The notes beneath the pieces are model-generated. The model saw only the letters and a list, made by a program, of their open reading frames with translations, was not told the origin of the DNA and did no database searches. A program made the position numbers and the translations under genes. A stretch of DNA of 60,844 nucleotides, the filler included, from Asterionella formosa (lineage: Eukaryota), in assembly GCA_002256025.1 (NCBI GenBank). It is 10 parts of 10 records of this genome, joined end to end, with 100 filler letters (N's around TTAATTAATTAA, not from the genome) between each part and the next. Parts side by side here need not be neighbours in the genome. Positions count along the whole stretch, not along the records: positions 36,625 to 42,608 come from NKIB01012864.1; positions 42,709 to 48,691 come from NKIB01012865.1; positions 48,792 to 54,771 come from NKIB01012866.1; 7 more parts are not named here. One strand, given 5' to 3'. Below, in pieces: positions 40,388 through 52,016 of the stretch; the stretch's first letter is position 1, and every line of letters begins with the position of its first letter.

Positions 40388-41952
40388 CTGGTACTGTTCC
40401 TGAAATTTGTTTGTATCAATATTTTATACGTCAGTTGTATCTAATTATTTAGGCCATTCAATTGGCGGCAGTCATAGCCTATTTGTATCAATATTTATAG
40501 GCAAAGCAAAATATGCTATTGCTCAAACTGGAAACACCATATATTTAGGCCTGTTGTTATTGTAGCAGGACACTAAATCATCATAGTATTAGGATCGTAT
40601 AATTGAGAGCAAGATATTCTATTACTCCAACTCGGTTCTGATTTTGTGTACAATAATGTAAATAGCACTGTTGGTCTTATGGTATCATATTTAGACAGCG
40701 TAAAATATTATATGTAGTGGCTCATCATTCCTTTCATTGCAACAACACCTGATTTTAAGATCATCGAACTTTTGAAAACGACAACAGTTACCTAGTACAA
40801 CGTCTTCAAAAGACCATAAAGAGGTTCATGGAAACAAGCGACATGTGGCAAATTAATTTCGTTTCGTCGCTGCAATCGAGAAAAAAAATGAGGGGTCGAT
40901 CGAAAACGATTTCTTTCATTTGTCAGCCAATCTTGGCCACATTTTAGACTTAGTCGAACTATCAGCAGACCCAAACCGAGTCTCACTTTCAATATGAATC
41001 ATTAGACTTCATAACATGACCCTTGATAATCCAACACAACAAAGCTTTTTAAAACCTAGTCGACGCAGACCTAATTATTTTATTTGGTTCAACTCTCATT
41101 AGACCCAAATAGATTTTTGCTTTCCATATGAATCATCACTGGTCTTTTCTCAATCATTTAATGATAGATTATCCTGTACAACAAATAGTATGTATACACT
41201 TTTCGAACGGTCGACACAAACCGGACCGAACGTTTGTTTTCGATCGAATGATCACTGGATCCAAATTGAATTTCTCTTTCCATTTGAATTATTATTCTTT
41301 GTCATGGCGATACTTTGTCAAACAAAGCTCGACTCAAGTAGAATTGATCGTTTACATTAGCAATCTGTCAGCTAACCCCACATAATAGATTTTCTCCAAC
41401 AACTTAAAACATAACGATGCTGGTCCTTATTCATACAGGTTGTTCTTCATGATGGCCTAATTCCCTAGCAAACGAAAACATTAAATTTGTATTTTTGGTA
41501 CTTTTTGGTGCCAGTTAACTCTTAGCAGGCCAAAAATTTTCGATCTGGATTGCTATTTATTGTCATGATGTGAGATCATATCCAACACAACCTCGAAATG
41601 GCATGACATTGGTACTGCTAGCTAACTCAAAATGCTAGCAGTAGTAAAATGGTGAATTGAGTGGACTATGTATACCGGGCGAACCGTACAAATCCATGCA
41701 CGATTTCATACATGGTGCATTGTGTATTTTATAATTTGTTGTCATATTTCGACATCAAGTATGACATACGAACGGATTCTGGATTCCGTCCTGTGGTACA
41801 CTCGTGTGTAGAATTCATTGTATGTAGCCTGTTCATATCTCACCTACATAGTAAATGTCGAAGAGTCCAGTAAAGCTTAAATGCAACTCATCAATTCTTT
41901 TGCTTGAACAAGAACCATGCGCATACATATTGGCATACTCCTGATTTATATA

Positions 41953-42608
41953 TGGCTGGGTGCATGATCGAAGAACATATAGTAGCTCTAGTAGGCCTGG
42001 TACAAACCATTATTTCTAAAAATATAGCTAAATATTTTGTGCGATGAATCTCTTGTTGTTGCAACCATCACCATGTTGATTGCGCTCGGTTGGTTCCCTT
42101 TGGTTCCCTTTGCTTCCCTTCAGTGCCTTGTGTTTTGCGATATAGTATTAGAACCGTGATCATAGCGCTGATTGGAAACCAAACCGCAAAACAGATGACA
42201 TCAAACTTTCAGTTGTTTGGACGATATTTTTCTTTGGTGATGGCGGAGTCATCACTACGTGGGCGCTGGATTCCGGCCGACCTCCTCATTCACTACATGA
42301 ACCAAAAATTCAACATTGGAAGCGACATGCTATTGACTACGCGAACATTGATGACATACATGAAGAAGTGCTACCCTTCAATGTCCTATGATCCCAATAG
42401 AATCACCATTCCAAGTGGCACAGTGATGGACTTCTATAGAGCCAACTGTCAAGTCAAGAGCGTCCGCTACAACCTATTCTTCTTTTCTGACCATGGTTCT
42501 CCTGCTCCTTTGTTTCCGAAGAACAGTTATGTCGCTTCTTTTCTTAATAATAGCGTCACAAAGCGACTATTAGGGGGTTCAAGGCAAATTCGAACTGCAG
42601 AGGTGATG
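41953..42608 (+). mobile_element. 5' end of a second member of the same Tc1/mariner-like family (cut by contig end)
   Basis: Same TA|tggctgggtgca terminus. The ORF from ATG 42195 (YFSLVMAESSLRGRWIPADLL...FNIGSDM) aligns with the 34441-34896 ORF (YFNVICSESSYKQKWIPIELL...FNVEDDM). Confidence 0.8.
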
Positions 42609-42779
42609 NNNNNNNNNNNNNNNNNNNNNNNNNNNNNNNNNNNNNNNNNNNNTTAATTAATTAANNNNNNNNNNNNNNNNNNNNNNNNNNNNNNNNNNNN
42701 NNNNNNNNCCGGTAGTGTATGAGCCAAAAGGCAAGAAGTCAATAAATGAAATTTGTTTGCAACCAATAATAAATCCAGC

Positions 42780-44066
42780 ATGTCCTCCTTGACACTCCTT
42801 CGATCCACCTTGCGGACGAGCCGTTCCTTCTCTTATTTCTCCACACTTCCCACTCGACACTCTCGTTATTTACCTCCTCGCATTTGTTTAGATGCTGTCG
42901 AGTTGGCCGAAGAAACACAAAAGCTGTTGACTGCCAAACCTGGGACTCTCTTTTCATTTCAAGGACATGAAGAGCTGCACCTTCACGAATCAGAAAATGC
43001 TTGGCGATTGTGTGATGAGATATCTCAACGATTTGATTATTTATTGAAGGGATATTCGAGTCAAGTGGATGGAACCATTATGAATCGCATGTACAATACT
43101 GCTGCTGCTGCCACCACCAACTCGGATCCTGCACAAGCCATTGCCAACATGGCCGAGCTTCTGAACAGAATTGACGAAGAAGGACAAACCTACATGCAAC
43201 TGCGTCAACAAATGTTTATACAAGTGATGCAAGAAGAAATGAGGAAACAAGAAAACGGAGACGATGACGAGAATAGTGATTTTATGGAACAAATCAATCG
43301 GGAGGTTCGCAGCCAAATGGGTGTACCATCTGAAAGGAATGGTGACCATGGCGATAATAGTCATGCATCACATACGGACAATGACGATGAAGATGGATCC
43401 GACTACGACTTTGGTGACAAAAATCTCTCCTCCTTTGCCTATCCTGGTCCTACCATTAGCATGTTTGACACGTTTCTTGACACACTTGCTGTTCATCCCA
43501 CTGCAGCAACTCCAGATCGAGTTTTGAATGTCTTTAAGTCTCTCATTCAACGTTTCGATGAAGATGGCGGGACAACTAACAACACCAACATCCATACGAC
43601 TCCAACGGCCTTGTCCTTTAATGGTGTCTTGCGCGCTTGTGCCAATACCCCAAACACTTCTGATGCAACACGAGATGCTGCTTTGTTTGCATCATTTTCT
43701 GTGTACGATGCCTTTGGAGAGTATTTGCAACCACGGAATGCAGCAACCTTTGCCTACATGATTCAAGTTGTCACCAATTTTATCCCACCCTCCTTGACAC
43801 GCGGCAACATAGGATTGGCATTGTACAAGGCTGCATGTGAAGAACGAGTGTTGGATGATATTGTGGTGGATGCCATGCGGAATCTGCATGCGGTAAGTAA
43901 TGGTCAAGTCCACGATGAGTGGTTTGAGAAGAATTTGAAAAACAAAGTAGTGATGGGACCAGTAGTAAAGCAAGCGACGGAACCTTTCACAAAGGAGCTG
44001 TTGCCTAAGGAAGATCGAAAGTACTCCAAGAAGTTGAGGTATCGCTCGGAGGAGAGTATTTATTAA
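42780..44066 (+). CDS. Probable mitochondrial PPR-like helical-repeat protein
   Basis: Arg/Ser/Leu-rich presequence without acidic residues (MSSLTLLRSTLRTSRSFSYFS); PPR-like motifs PTISMFDTFLDTLA, PTALSFNGVLRACA and RNAATFAYMIQV. Confidence 0.65.
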   Translation: MSSLTLLRSTLRTSRSFSYFSTLPTRHSRYLPPRICLDAVELAEETQKLLTAKPGTLFSFQGHEELHLHESENAWRLCDEISQRFDYLLKGYSSQVDGTIMNRMYNTAAAATTNSDPAQAIANMAELLNRIDEEGQTYMQLRQQMFIQVMQEEMRKQENGDDDENSDFMEQINREVRSQMGVPSERNGDHGDNSHASHTDNDDEDGSDYDFGDKNLSSFAYPGPTISMFDTFLDTLAVHPTAATPDRVLNVFKSLIQRFDEDGGTTNNTNIHTTPTALSFNGVLRACANTPNTSDATRDAALFASFSVYDAFGEYLQPRNAATFAYMIQVVTNFIPPSLTRGNIGLALYKAACEERVLDDIVVDAMRNLHAVSNGQVHDEWFEKNLKNKVVMGPVVKQATEPFTKELLPKEDRKYSKKLRYRSEESIY

Positions 44067-44288
44067 TGGCCCTTTGCGTTCATCTCTCGCTTTTATTAAA
44101 ATATAGATGTGGGTGGTGCATCATGTTTGGGATGGAAGCGTAATGTATCTGAATCCCTACTACTAATAACAAGCAAATTCTATCAACTTGTCATTTTGCT
44201 AATGAGAGAAGGAAGCAAACGGCAACCTCGGGCCCATCGATACTATCTTTTTTTGAATGAGTTCACTAGAATCATTGGTTATTGTACA

Positions 44289-45641
44289 TTATGGCATTTT
44301 GCTCTCCCCAATTCGTTCGTCATAAGCCAATTTTGGTTCCGCCAATATGCCGAGGTCAAAATCATTCATTATTCCCTTCAGCCTTTCTTTTTCCTCTGTC
44401 CTACAAAAGGCAGCATCGATACTATCCCGAATGGTTTGTACAAGATCCCTACGAGACAATCCTATTTTCGCTAGGGCAATTCGATATTGCCATGATAGTG
44501 ACGTATCAAAGACAGCAGGATCGTCAGAACTAAAACCAACGAGCAAATTGTTTTCCAACATGGTCGTCGATGGATGTTTCTTCCAAACTTTTTTGTGCGG
44601 AATCACCTTCCATCCCCCAGTTTCGACGGAGGACGAGGGGCAGACTTCAATATGAATCTTTTGCTCCCTCATTGTTCTCATGAGCTCTGCATCTTCAACC
44701 ACATGATAGCCATGTCCAATTCGTACGGCCCCATACTCTTGAATGGCAGTCCATATATTTTTTGTGACTCCTACTTCACCTGCATGCATGGTAATATGCA
44801 GACCCACCTCATTGGCTTTCTTCATAGCCATGGCATGACTCAACTCTCTCTGATCAAAGTGCTCCTCCCCTGCCGCAATGTCAATCCCAACCACGGCACA
44901 GGGATAATCCAACTTTTTTTCTTGACAAAGGCTCACCACATCCATGGCCCAATCAGGCCTCCAACAAATGCAGCATAATATTTGATTGATAGTAATACCG
45001 AATTCCAAACATCCACGTCGCAATCCCGCCGTGATAGCATCAATAACTGGACGAGGATCTACCACCTGATTGCTTGTTTTTAGCAAGGACGCCCCTGTGG
45101 CCAGTAAATGTGGACTGTACCGAACTTCTGTGTAAACAACATTCTGTGCAGCTTGTCGTTTGGTAAAGTCATATGCCATGGCCTCTAATAAGGAAAGATT
45201 GCCTCTGACCAAGGGGGTAAAGAATTGAAAGGCTTCAATCATGGCTTGTAAACTCGCTTTCCCACGGCATGTGCAAAGGGAATGAAAGCCAAGTGGCGTG
45301 GAACAGGCTTGTACTTTTGAACGAATGACAAAAGAATCGTTCCATGGTAAAGCAGTCGTTACTGGGAGACAGGTGTAGTAGTCAGCGCTCTGCTGCTGAA
45401 GATGGTCAAACAATAAGACCGGGTCCATAGCTCCGTCCAAATGAACATGAAGCTCTACTTTCGGCAAGGAGCGGACGAAGGATTCATCTGAGTTAGTGTA
45501 GTTGTATTTTTGTTTCAAATGCTCTAAAATGTCAGGATTGATGGACGTGTGTTCTTCAATGGACGAGGACTGCTTGATGGAACGACGCCGTTCTCCCAGT
45601 TTTGTGTCAGCTTCGTTGATGACATTTGTGGTATTCGTCAT
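44289..45641 (-). CDS. ADA: Adenosine deaminase
   Basis: LPKVELHVHLDG, YTEVRYSPH, GIDIAAGE, TMHAGE, RIGHGY, EVCPSS, SDDP; first in-frame ATG at 45641. Confidence 0.93.
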   Translation of the reverse strand: MTNTTNVINEADTKLGERRRSIKQSSSIEEHTSINPDILEHLKQKYNYTNSDESFVRSLPKVELHVHLDGAMDPVLLFDHLQQQSADYYTCLPVTTALPWNDSFVIRSKVQACSTPLGFHSLCTCRGKASLQAMIEAFQFFTPLVRGNLSLLEAMAYDFTKRQAAQNVVYTEVRYSPHLLATGASLLKTSNQVVDPRPVIDAITAGLRRGCLEFGITINQILCCICWRPDWAMDVVSLCQEKKLDYPCAVVGIDIAAGEEHFDQRELSHAMAMKKANEVGLHITMHAGEVGVTKNIWTAIQEYGAVRIGHGYHVVEDAELMRTMREQKIHIEVCPSSSVETGGWKVIPHKKVWKKHPSTTMLENNLLVGFSSDDPAVFDTSLSWQYRIALAKIGLSRRDLVQTIRDSIDAAFCRTEEKERLKGIMNDFDLGILAEPKLAYDERIGESKMP

Positions 45642-46570
45642 TGAGCAGGATCGAGAGATACTGAACAAATTAATTGAAAGCAAATGCTTCGACGAAAGGA
45701 TATGTAGTACCGGTAAGTAAATTAATAGTCTCGTTGTCAAAAATAATAAAATTATGTTGGTTGATTGTTGCTACATAAATATATAATATACCGGTGTAGA
45801 CCGGTATGTATTATGTCGAAGATTTGAAATCTTCAGCCCTCTCTACCAGTACATACAACAGGTATTCCTGTATATAGGTATATTTTATGTAGCAACCGGT
45901 ATGCAGGTATAGTTGCATGGCTGTGTGCGTTGTTGCCGAGGTCTTTCCACTCCGTTGAAGGGAAGTCGTTTATTTCTTCCCTCCGACAGCGGATACTTTC
46001 CAACCAATCAAATGGCGCGTTTGTGCTCTTCTAAGGCATGTATATACAGTATATCATATCATTCAGCTATCATTACAGGAGGTACCAAGGGTACCTGGTA
46101 CCATCCATACCCCGATAAAGGGAGTTCATTCAGATAAAAAAATGCATACGAAATAAAACGTCAAGGTACGTTCATTGTTGTCAAATGAAGCATCCGGCCA
46201 ATGGGTTTCACTGCATCTCGCTGCATGTATGCGTTGCTATCTTTCAATGGCATGTCGAGGAAATTTTCAGCGATGTGATCATTCCAGAACTCATCTATGG
46301 AAAGGCTGTGTGCAACGGCTATTCCTCCTGATGTAGCGTAGATACTTGGAATGAAGTGGACCGGTGCATATTCCCATAATTGCAACTACTTCTGTCCCAC
46401 TTGGAATATCCGACTTCTTTGACTAATATTTCGCCATCGTCGTGGTTTGTGACATTTTGCTAATTTTCAATACATAGGATCAAGCACTAAATTTTGTTGC
46501 ACCTTCGTTCTACCGGTACACTACTGGACATTTATTGTTGGCTGCTGCTATCCCATAGCATTCCCCCATC

Positions 46571-48109
46571 ATGGTGATCGCCAACAAACGGCGACCCCTA
46601 CCTCGCGGAGGAGGAACCCAGAAGGTCAAGAAGAAGATGGCCAAATCCTTTGATGTCACCCTGCTCGCTCGAGGCATGTCGTCTCGGTGCATCGGAGCCC
46701 GCATTGCGTCGCAAATCACAACCCTGTCCAACGAAGAAATAGAAAAGGACTTGCGCCACATGGAAGCCTACCAAAATGCATGTACGGTATACAGTCAGCA
46801 GTACTTTATTCATCAAAATCGAGCCTTGGTCCATTCTGGGCACTACGGACTAATCGTCCCGCCGACCCAAGCGACTGGCGAATCCTACGTTAACGGAGAC
46901 TCCGTGTACAACCCCTACCGTCCCGTCATGCCTGTACGAATTGACCCAGAAGAGGAAAAGCGCGTATCATTGCTCAGAAAGAGAATCGCCAGCTCGGAAG
47001 CCCAGAGAGAAGTTTTGGAAACAGAATACATGTCACTCAGGGCACATTATGTCTTTGCCTCCCAGCGTGTCAAAAAATCTAGACAGATGGTGACTACACA
47101 ACTCAAAATTTTGAAACAGCTGGTACAAGCTCGGGCACAAGTGATTGCCTTGCGACGTGTCCGTGTGGCGGTCGCCAGAGACGTGTGGTGCGCCTTGGAA
47201 CGTCGGACCATGTTGTTGGACAATCGTGACCAAGCTTCGATTGCTCCCCCAGTGATGACTTCAGTCCCAAGAGGTCCAGATGTGTTGGATGTTTGGAATG
47301 AATTGGAAATTATGATATTCAAGGCGGAAAAGTCCTGTCGGTCGTTGGAATTGGATGTTCCACCAAAGCGGGCGGCACAAAGCAAAAGTCCCACACTGAA
47401 CAAGCGTAAGCGTGGCGAAACGGAGGACGAGAATGCTGCAATTCATCTTGTGGTATGGGATGGTCGTGTCATGTCTAGAACCCCAAATGGTGTTCCGATC
47501 CTGATTTCGCAAATGTCTAAAGTTCCCGACAAGGCTGCCGGAATAGGATGTGGTCAAGTCTTTGGTAGTAAACCGCATTCCATGATCTTTTTCGAGGAAA
47601 ACTTGCCAGCGACATATGAAGATATGGAGGAAGACCACGAAGATGTCACCCTCCTTCACGAGGAAGCCGAGAAATTGCGGAAGGAATTATTGCATGAGCG
47701 CGTGGCCAATAAGGACTTACAGAAACAGATCATTCAAAAGCGCAAGCGCAATACTGAAATGTGTGCTATGATGACCTTGCTTCGTAGTGAGACAGAAGCG
47801 GTCCTGGGACGACATAATATTTTGTTAGACACTCAAGAGGCTCGGCAGGCGGCATCAGATTTGCACCAAAAGGCATTCGAAGAACATGAACAGCGCTGTG
47901 AGAACGGTGTTGACGCAGACGAAGGTGATTTGGTAGACGAAACATTGGCAGAAAGCTTCCCACAGGAGAGTGGTCTGCACGAGGAACATGACAACGATGG
48001 AGATGATGAAGGTAGTGGTGGTGAGGAAGAGGAGGAAGAAGGTGAATTGCTGGAACCTTCGCGAAACGAGTTCATTTTGGGGGAAGGCACAGACGGGAAT
48101 CAATCATAA
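46571..48109 (+). CDS. Hypothetical coiled-coil protein with basic NLS-like stretches and acidic tail
   Basis: Uninterrupted 512-aa ORF with ATG start and host-gene-like composition; two predicted coiled-coil regions; KRKR motifs. Confidence 0.8.
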   Translation: MVIANKRRPLPRGGGTQKVKKKMAKSFDVTLLARGMSSRCIGARIASQITTLSNEEIEKDLRHMEAYQNACTVYSQQYFIHQNRALVHSGHYGLIVPPTQATGESYVNGDSVYNPYRPVMPVRIDPEEEKRVSLLRKRIASSEAQREVLETEYMSLRAHYVFASQRVKKSRQMVTTQLKILKQLVQARAQVIALRRVRVAVARDVWCALERRTMLLDNRDQASIAPPVMTSVPRGPDVLDVWNELEIMIFKAEKSCRSLELDVPPKRAAQSKSPTLNKRKRGETEDENAAIHLVVWDGRVMSRTPNGVPILISQMSKVPDKAAGIGCGQVFGSKPHSMIFFEENLPATYEDMEEDHEDVTLLHEEAEKLRKELLHERVANKDLQKQIIQKRKRNTEMCAMMTLLRSETEAVLGRHNILLDTQEARQAASDLHQKAFEEHEQRCENGVDADEGDLVDETLAESFPQESGLHEEHDNDGDDEGSGGEEEEEEGELLEPSRNEFILGEGTDGNQS

Positions 48110-49301
48110 AAGGTGATAAGTGTTCATATCAAAGAAGTCCTAGGCTTCCTGTAAACTAGAGCATCATCATCTTCTTCTTCTTGTGCTGTCCATTTTTCTA
48201 TTCAGTTAACGAAAAACATCCATAGCAAATCAAGCCAAATATGTACCTTTCGCACATGCAAACTTTGTTTGCATAAGATTTCTTTTCTTCTCAGCATTTC
48301 CGGCTTCCAAGAAACAAAGTGTAGTGATCTGGGACTCCTTCTGTGATATGGCTGGTTTGCTGGCGCTTTGATGTGAACCAATGTAACTTCAATACTTCTC
48401 TAGTGAAAGTGGCCGAATAATAGTTGATACCAGAAAGATGACCAGAAGGAGGAGGCCACCACATGGAAGCAAGCATGGGAGTGATTCCATATGAAGATAC
48501 TCCAGTTCCACAATCTTTGCACTTGTTTCCATATGCTCCTGTTTTGCAATTTTGTAAACTACCAATAGTAGTAGTAGCTAGTTATACAACGTAAATATAA
48601 TTCTGGTAGCTATTACAACAATATCATTATTTCAATAGAATTTTAAGTGTACCTTGTTCATTCATAAAAATTATAGATGATTATTGCTGTGNNNNNNNNN
48701 NNNNNNNNNNNNNNNNNNNNNNNNNNNNNNNNNNNTTAATTAATTAANNNNNNNNNNNNNNNNNNNNNNNNNNNNNNNNNNNNNNNNNNNNACAAGTTGG
48801 CGATGCGCCATTACCTGCAACAAAACATCTAATGCTTACTTACCAGATACATTGATACATTGGGACGTGGCGATGAACCAGTCTCAGTTGCCGGAGCTAT
48901 ACCGCCACCAGCAGCCTCGGCTGAAGGGGACAACAAGGATGAAGTCGTGGTGAAAGAAGAGTGATTTGTGTGTTCCGCACAAAAAATCGACGTCATTTGA
49001 CACAAGAAATTGGAGAAAATATGGAAAACGAGGTAATATTTCCTAACCGTTTACCATTAAAAAATATATATACATGATGAAAAATATATGAATGGCTTAA
49101 GACCACTAAAATGCAAAATGAACGACTTAAAAAGTTCGATATCGCAAGATATATCCTTCCAATTGTTAAAATGATTCATTTATCTAGTACTTGCATGCAT
49201 TAATTGACCTATATTCAAAGGGTTTTAAATGGGGTCGGCTGAACATTTTTCTAATTTTAGTCCAAAAACGGGGTAATATAGTGGTCTTAAGCAGTTTTTG
49301 A

Positions 49302-50738
49302 CTGGTACCAGGCACTTGGTGGTTCCTGGTCCTCTGAGTACCAGGTACCGGTAGTGCATACGACTATATATATATAGCTTGCTTTGTGTGCCATTTCCAG
49401 CAGCCAACTGCGGAAATCTATATCATCACAGGAGCATCCATTCCTTCATGCACGGTGGGCTGGGTTGAGGGATATTTGCGAAGGCTGTGTGTTCCAATTA
49501 ATTCAATGATGCCAAGCTTGTTGAACTCACTAACTGACCAAACTTCATCATGCAGGATACGGTATGCCTTATTTTTTTGCATTCCGACGAGCAAGAAAAA
49601 TCGGTGGCTTCCATGAGGAAAAACCCAGTCATTCTCCAGCCCAGTGAGCTGCCATCGGAGCGACATTCCTTCTGTCTCCAGGTGAATTGCCAAGTTAAAG
49701 TAGTACACAATACTGTGGCTCGCTCCATTGCACCCATGAGGAATTGATCTGGTGCATCCCTCTCATGATCCTTGCTTGACATTCTTGGACCAACACAGCT
49801 GACATATCAGGGTAAAAGGAAGCAAAACGAAGATTGGGCTTCAAGTTTTCCTTCGTCTTCAATCTGAATTGGACACAATCATCGATCCGGCCGACCATGT
49901 GGAATTGGAAGGCCAGGAACATAGAGAAAGCAACTATCTGATAGCGGCGGATACTGTCTTTGCATCGTTGAAGTGCAGCAATTGTGTTGGTAGCTATGGC
50001 AAATTCTTGGGCTTCAAGCAGCGCAAGTGGACGACGTGCTGCTGAGGATGCTTTTCCTTGCTTGCGGAGCGACCCGGCCTCCTTTTTCTTTACAGCCTTG
50101 CTTGATTAGTAGCTAGGTCAAGAACAAGCACAGATCTGCCTGGTTGGGTTTCCACAGTTGGCTGGTCATGACATTCCAAGTCGAGAGCCGGAGTGGCATG
50201 AAGTACTAGTAGGACAATGCCGCCCTTCTTATAATAGCTACTATTCCATTGAGGTTGATCTAGCTAGTAGTACCATATGTTGGATAGTCGTTTTGGCTTG
50301 GGCTTGGGTTTGGTTTACTGTACCATAAGTCTTCACAGCCATCCAATTGTATATGTATTCAGACTTGATGTCTGCTAGCTGCTCTAGACTAAACTCATAG
50401 TCAGTAGCATATTCTATCCCATGCATCTTTGTAGGTCGCTCATCATAGCCAATAGAATCCTCCTGTGCGTGTATCGATGGCATTGCAAAAGTTGGTTCAT
50501 TCCTATCAACATGGTCTAGATTTGTATTGCTTTAATTTAAACTAGATATATATGATGTATATGTAGCTAGTATATATCAGTTTATATTACCTGTAGTTTA
50601 TTCAGGAAGCCTTCTATAAATATTGGTGTGTGGCTGGGGGCAACCATCTACCGGTATAATGGTACCTGGTACCAGGCACTTGGTGGTTCCTGGTCCTCTG
50701 AGTACCAGGTACAGGTAGTGTGTACGACTATATATATA
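49302..50738. repeat. 73-bp direct repeats (49302-49374 and 50666-50738) flanking the Crypton-like remnant
   Basis: ctggtaccaggcacttggtggttcctggtcctctgagtaccaggtac.ggtagtg..tacgactatatatata occurs twice with three mismatches. Confidence 0.92.
49390..50483 (-). pseudogene. Crypton (CryptonS-like) tyrosine recombinase, decayed and 3'-truncated
   Basis: Across frames: IYNWMAVKTYG, GNPTR, AVKKKE..KQGKASSARRPL, FQFHMVGRIDD, LCWSKNV, ERDAPDQFLMG, LAIHLE, LIGTHSLRKYPST; no RT nearby. Confidence 0.8.
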
Positions 50739-51665
50739 AATATATAAATCTAACATACATGGACACATAAGACTTGATTTATGATGGTGCAGTGGTTGAA
50801 TTTCCCAAGAGATTACAACAATATACTATGCATGACGACTAATCTGAGTTGAAAATTCAACAAAAAGAAGAGAAAAAATTCAACCCCCAGCCAACAATGC
50901 AACCGGGTTGAAATTCTTGGAGGTCAGTACCTATTTTTACCACGGTAAAATGTTGTCAATACTGACAAAGTACCATCATGTCCCGAGTAGAACAATACCA
51001 GGGGTCCTCCACAGAAAAATACAACTTGGGTTGAATTTTAGCTACCAATAACAGTACATACTGTACACCGAAAGTTGGCTTTGTTCTTATGTGAGGGACA
51101 AGGTCCCGGTAAATGAGTACCAGGTACCGGCAATTTAGCCTCAAGAAGAGTATGGTAAGATAAATTCCTCCAATGGGAAGCAAATAAAAAATGTTTCATT
51201 GACTTTGAATTTGAATTGATCTGCTGGTCCTGTGGGGGTGGGGATGCCTCATGCAGCTTCTCGAGGTGGAGTGGTTGCTGATGAGAAATTTGCTGAATCT
51301 AACCTGCTTGGCAAATCTTATTGTGTCATCCGTCATGGTGATATGCATGGTCATTGGCAAACTTGGCTGGCCAGATGGCGGCCGGGTATATGTACTATAT
51401 TCCTTTCATTTTCGCTGAGGCCAGAGTCTCCACATGATATCTTATCTTACCCAGAACATTGTATTCTGACTGTCCATATCAAGTCAGATAACAGGCAGGC
51501 AGGCAGGTCGAAGGAAGTGTATGCAAATTGATACCAAAGTGGCTGGTGCACAACTTTGTTCTTTAGGGTTGTTCTTATCATTCCGAATTTGCTGTATCAT
51601 TTCCGGGTTGCGGGCAAAAAGTGACGGTTGGTATCAAAACACGGTGTCAGCAACGGTAACTTGAT

Positions 51666-51702
51666 GGTATCAATTTTGTATCATTGATACAAAATTGATA
51701 CC
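51666..51702. repeat. Perfect palindrome, 18-bp arms around one central nucleotide
   Basis: ggtatcaattttgtatca-t-tgatacaaaattgatacc. Confidence 0.95.
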
Positions 51703-52016
51703 TTTTCTTGCCCCCTCCAAAAACGGTATCAGTGATACTGACGTTTTCACGCGGTTATCATTTCCGTTGTCACTAATAAAATAACCGAAAATAAGCCTGC
51801 AAGGCAAGGCACCAGTGATAATATTAATGGCATATACTATTCCTTCAATTTTATGCTGGCTGCGTACATCGTCCAAGCAAGACCATTGATACAATTATAT
51901 GGCACCAGACAGAAAGTTATACTTGGCGATCTTATAAGAACTCCCAAGTGTTTTTGTGTATTTGTTACTACAGATCAGTCATTTGAATCTCCCTGAAGAT
52001 ACTACAAGCAAGGCAA

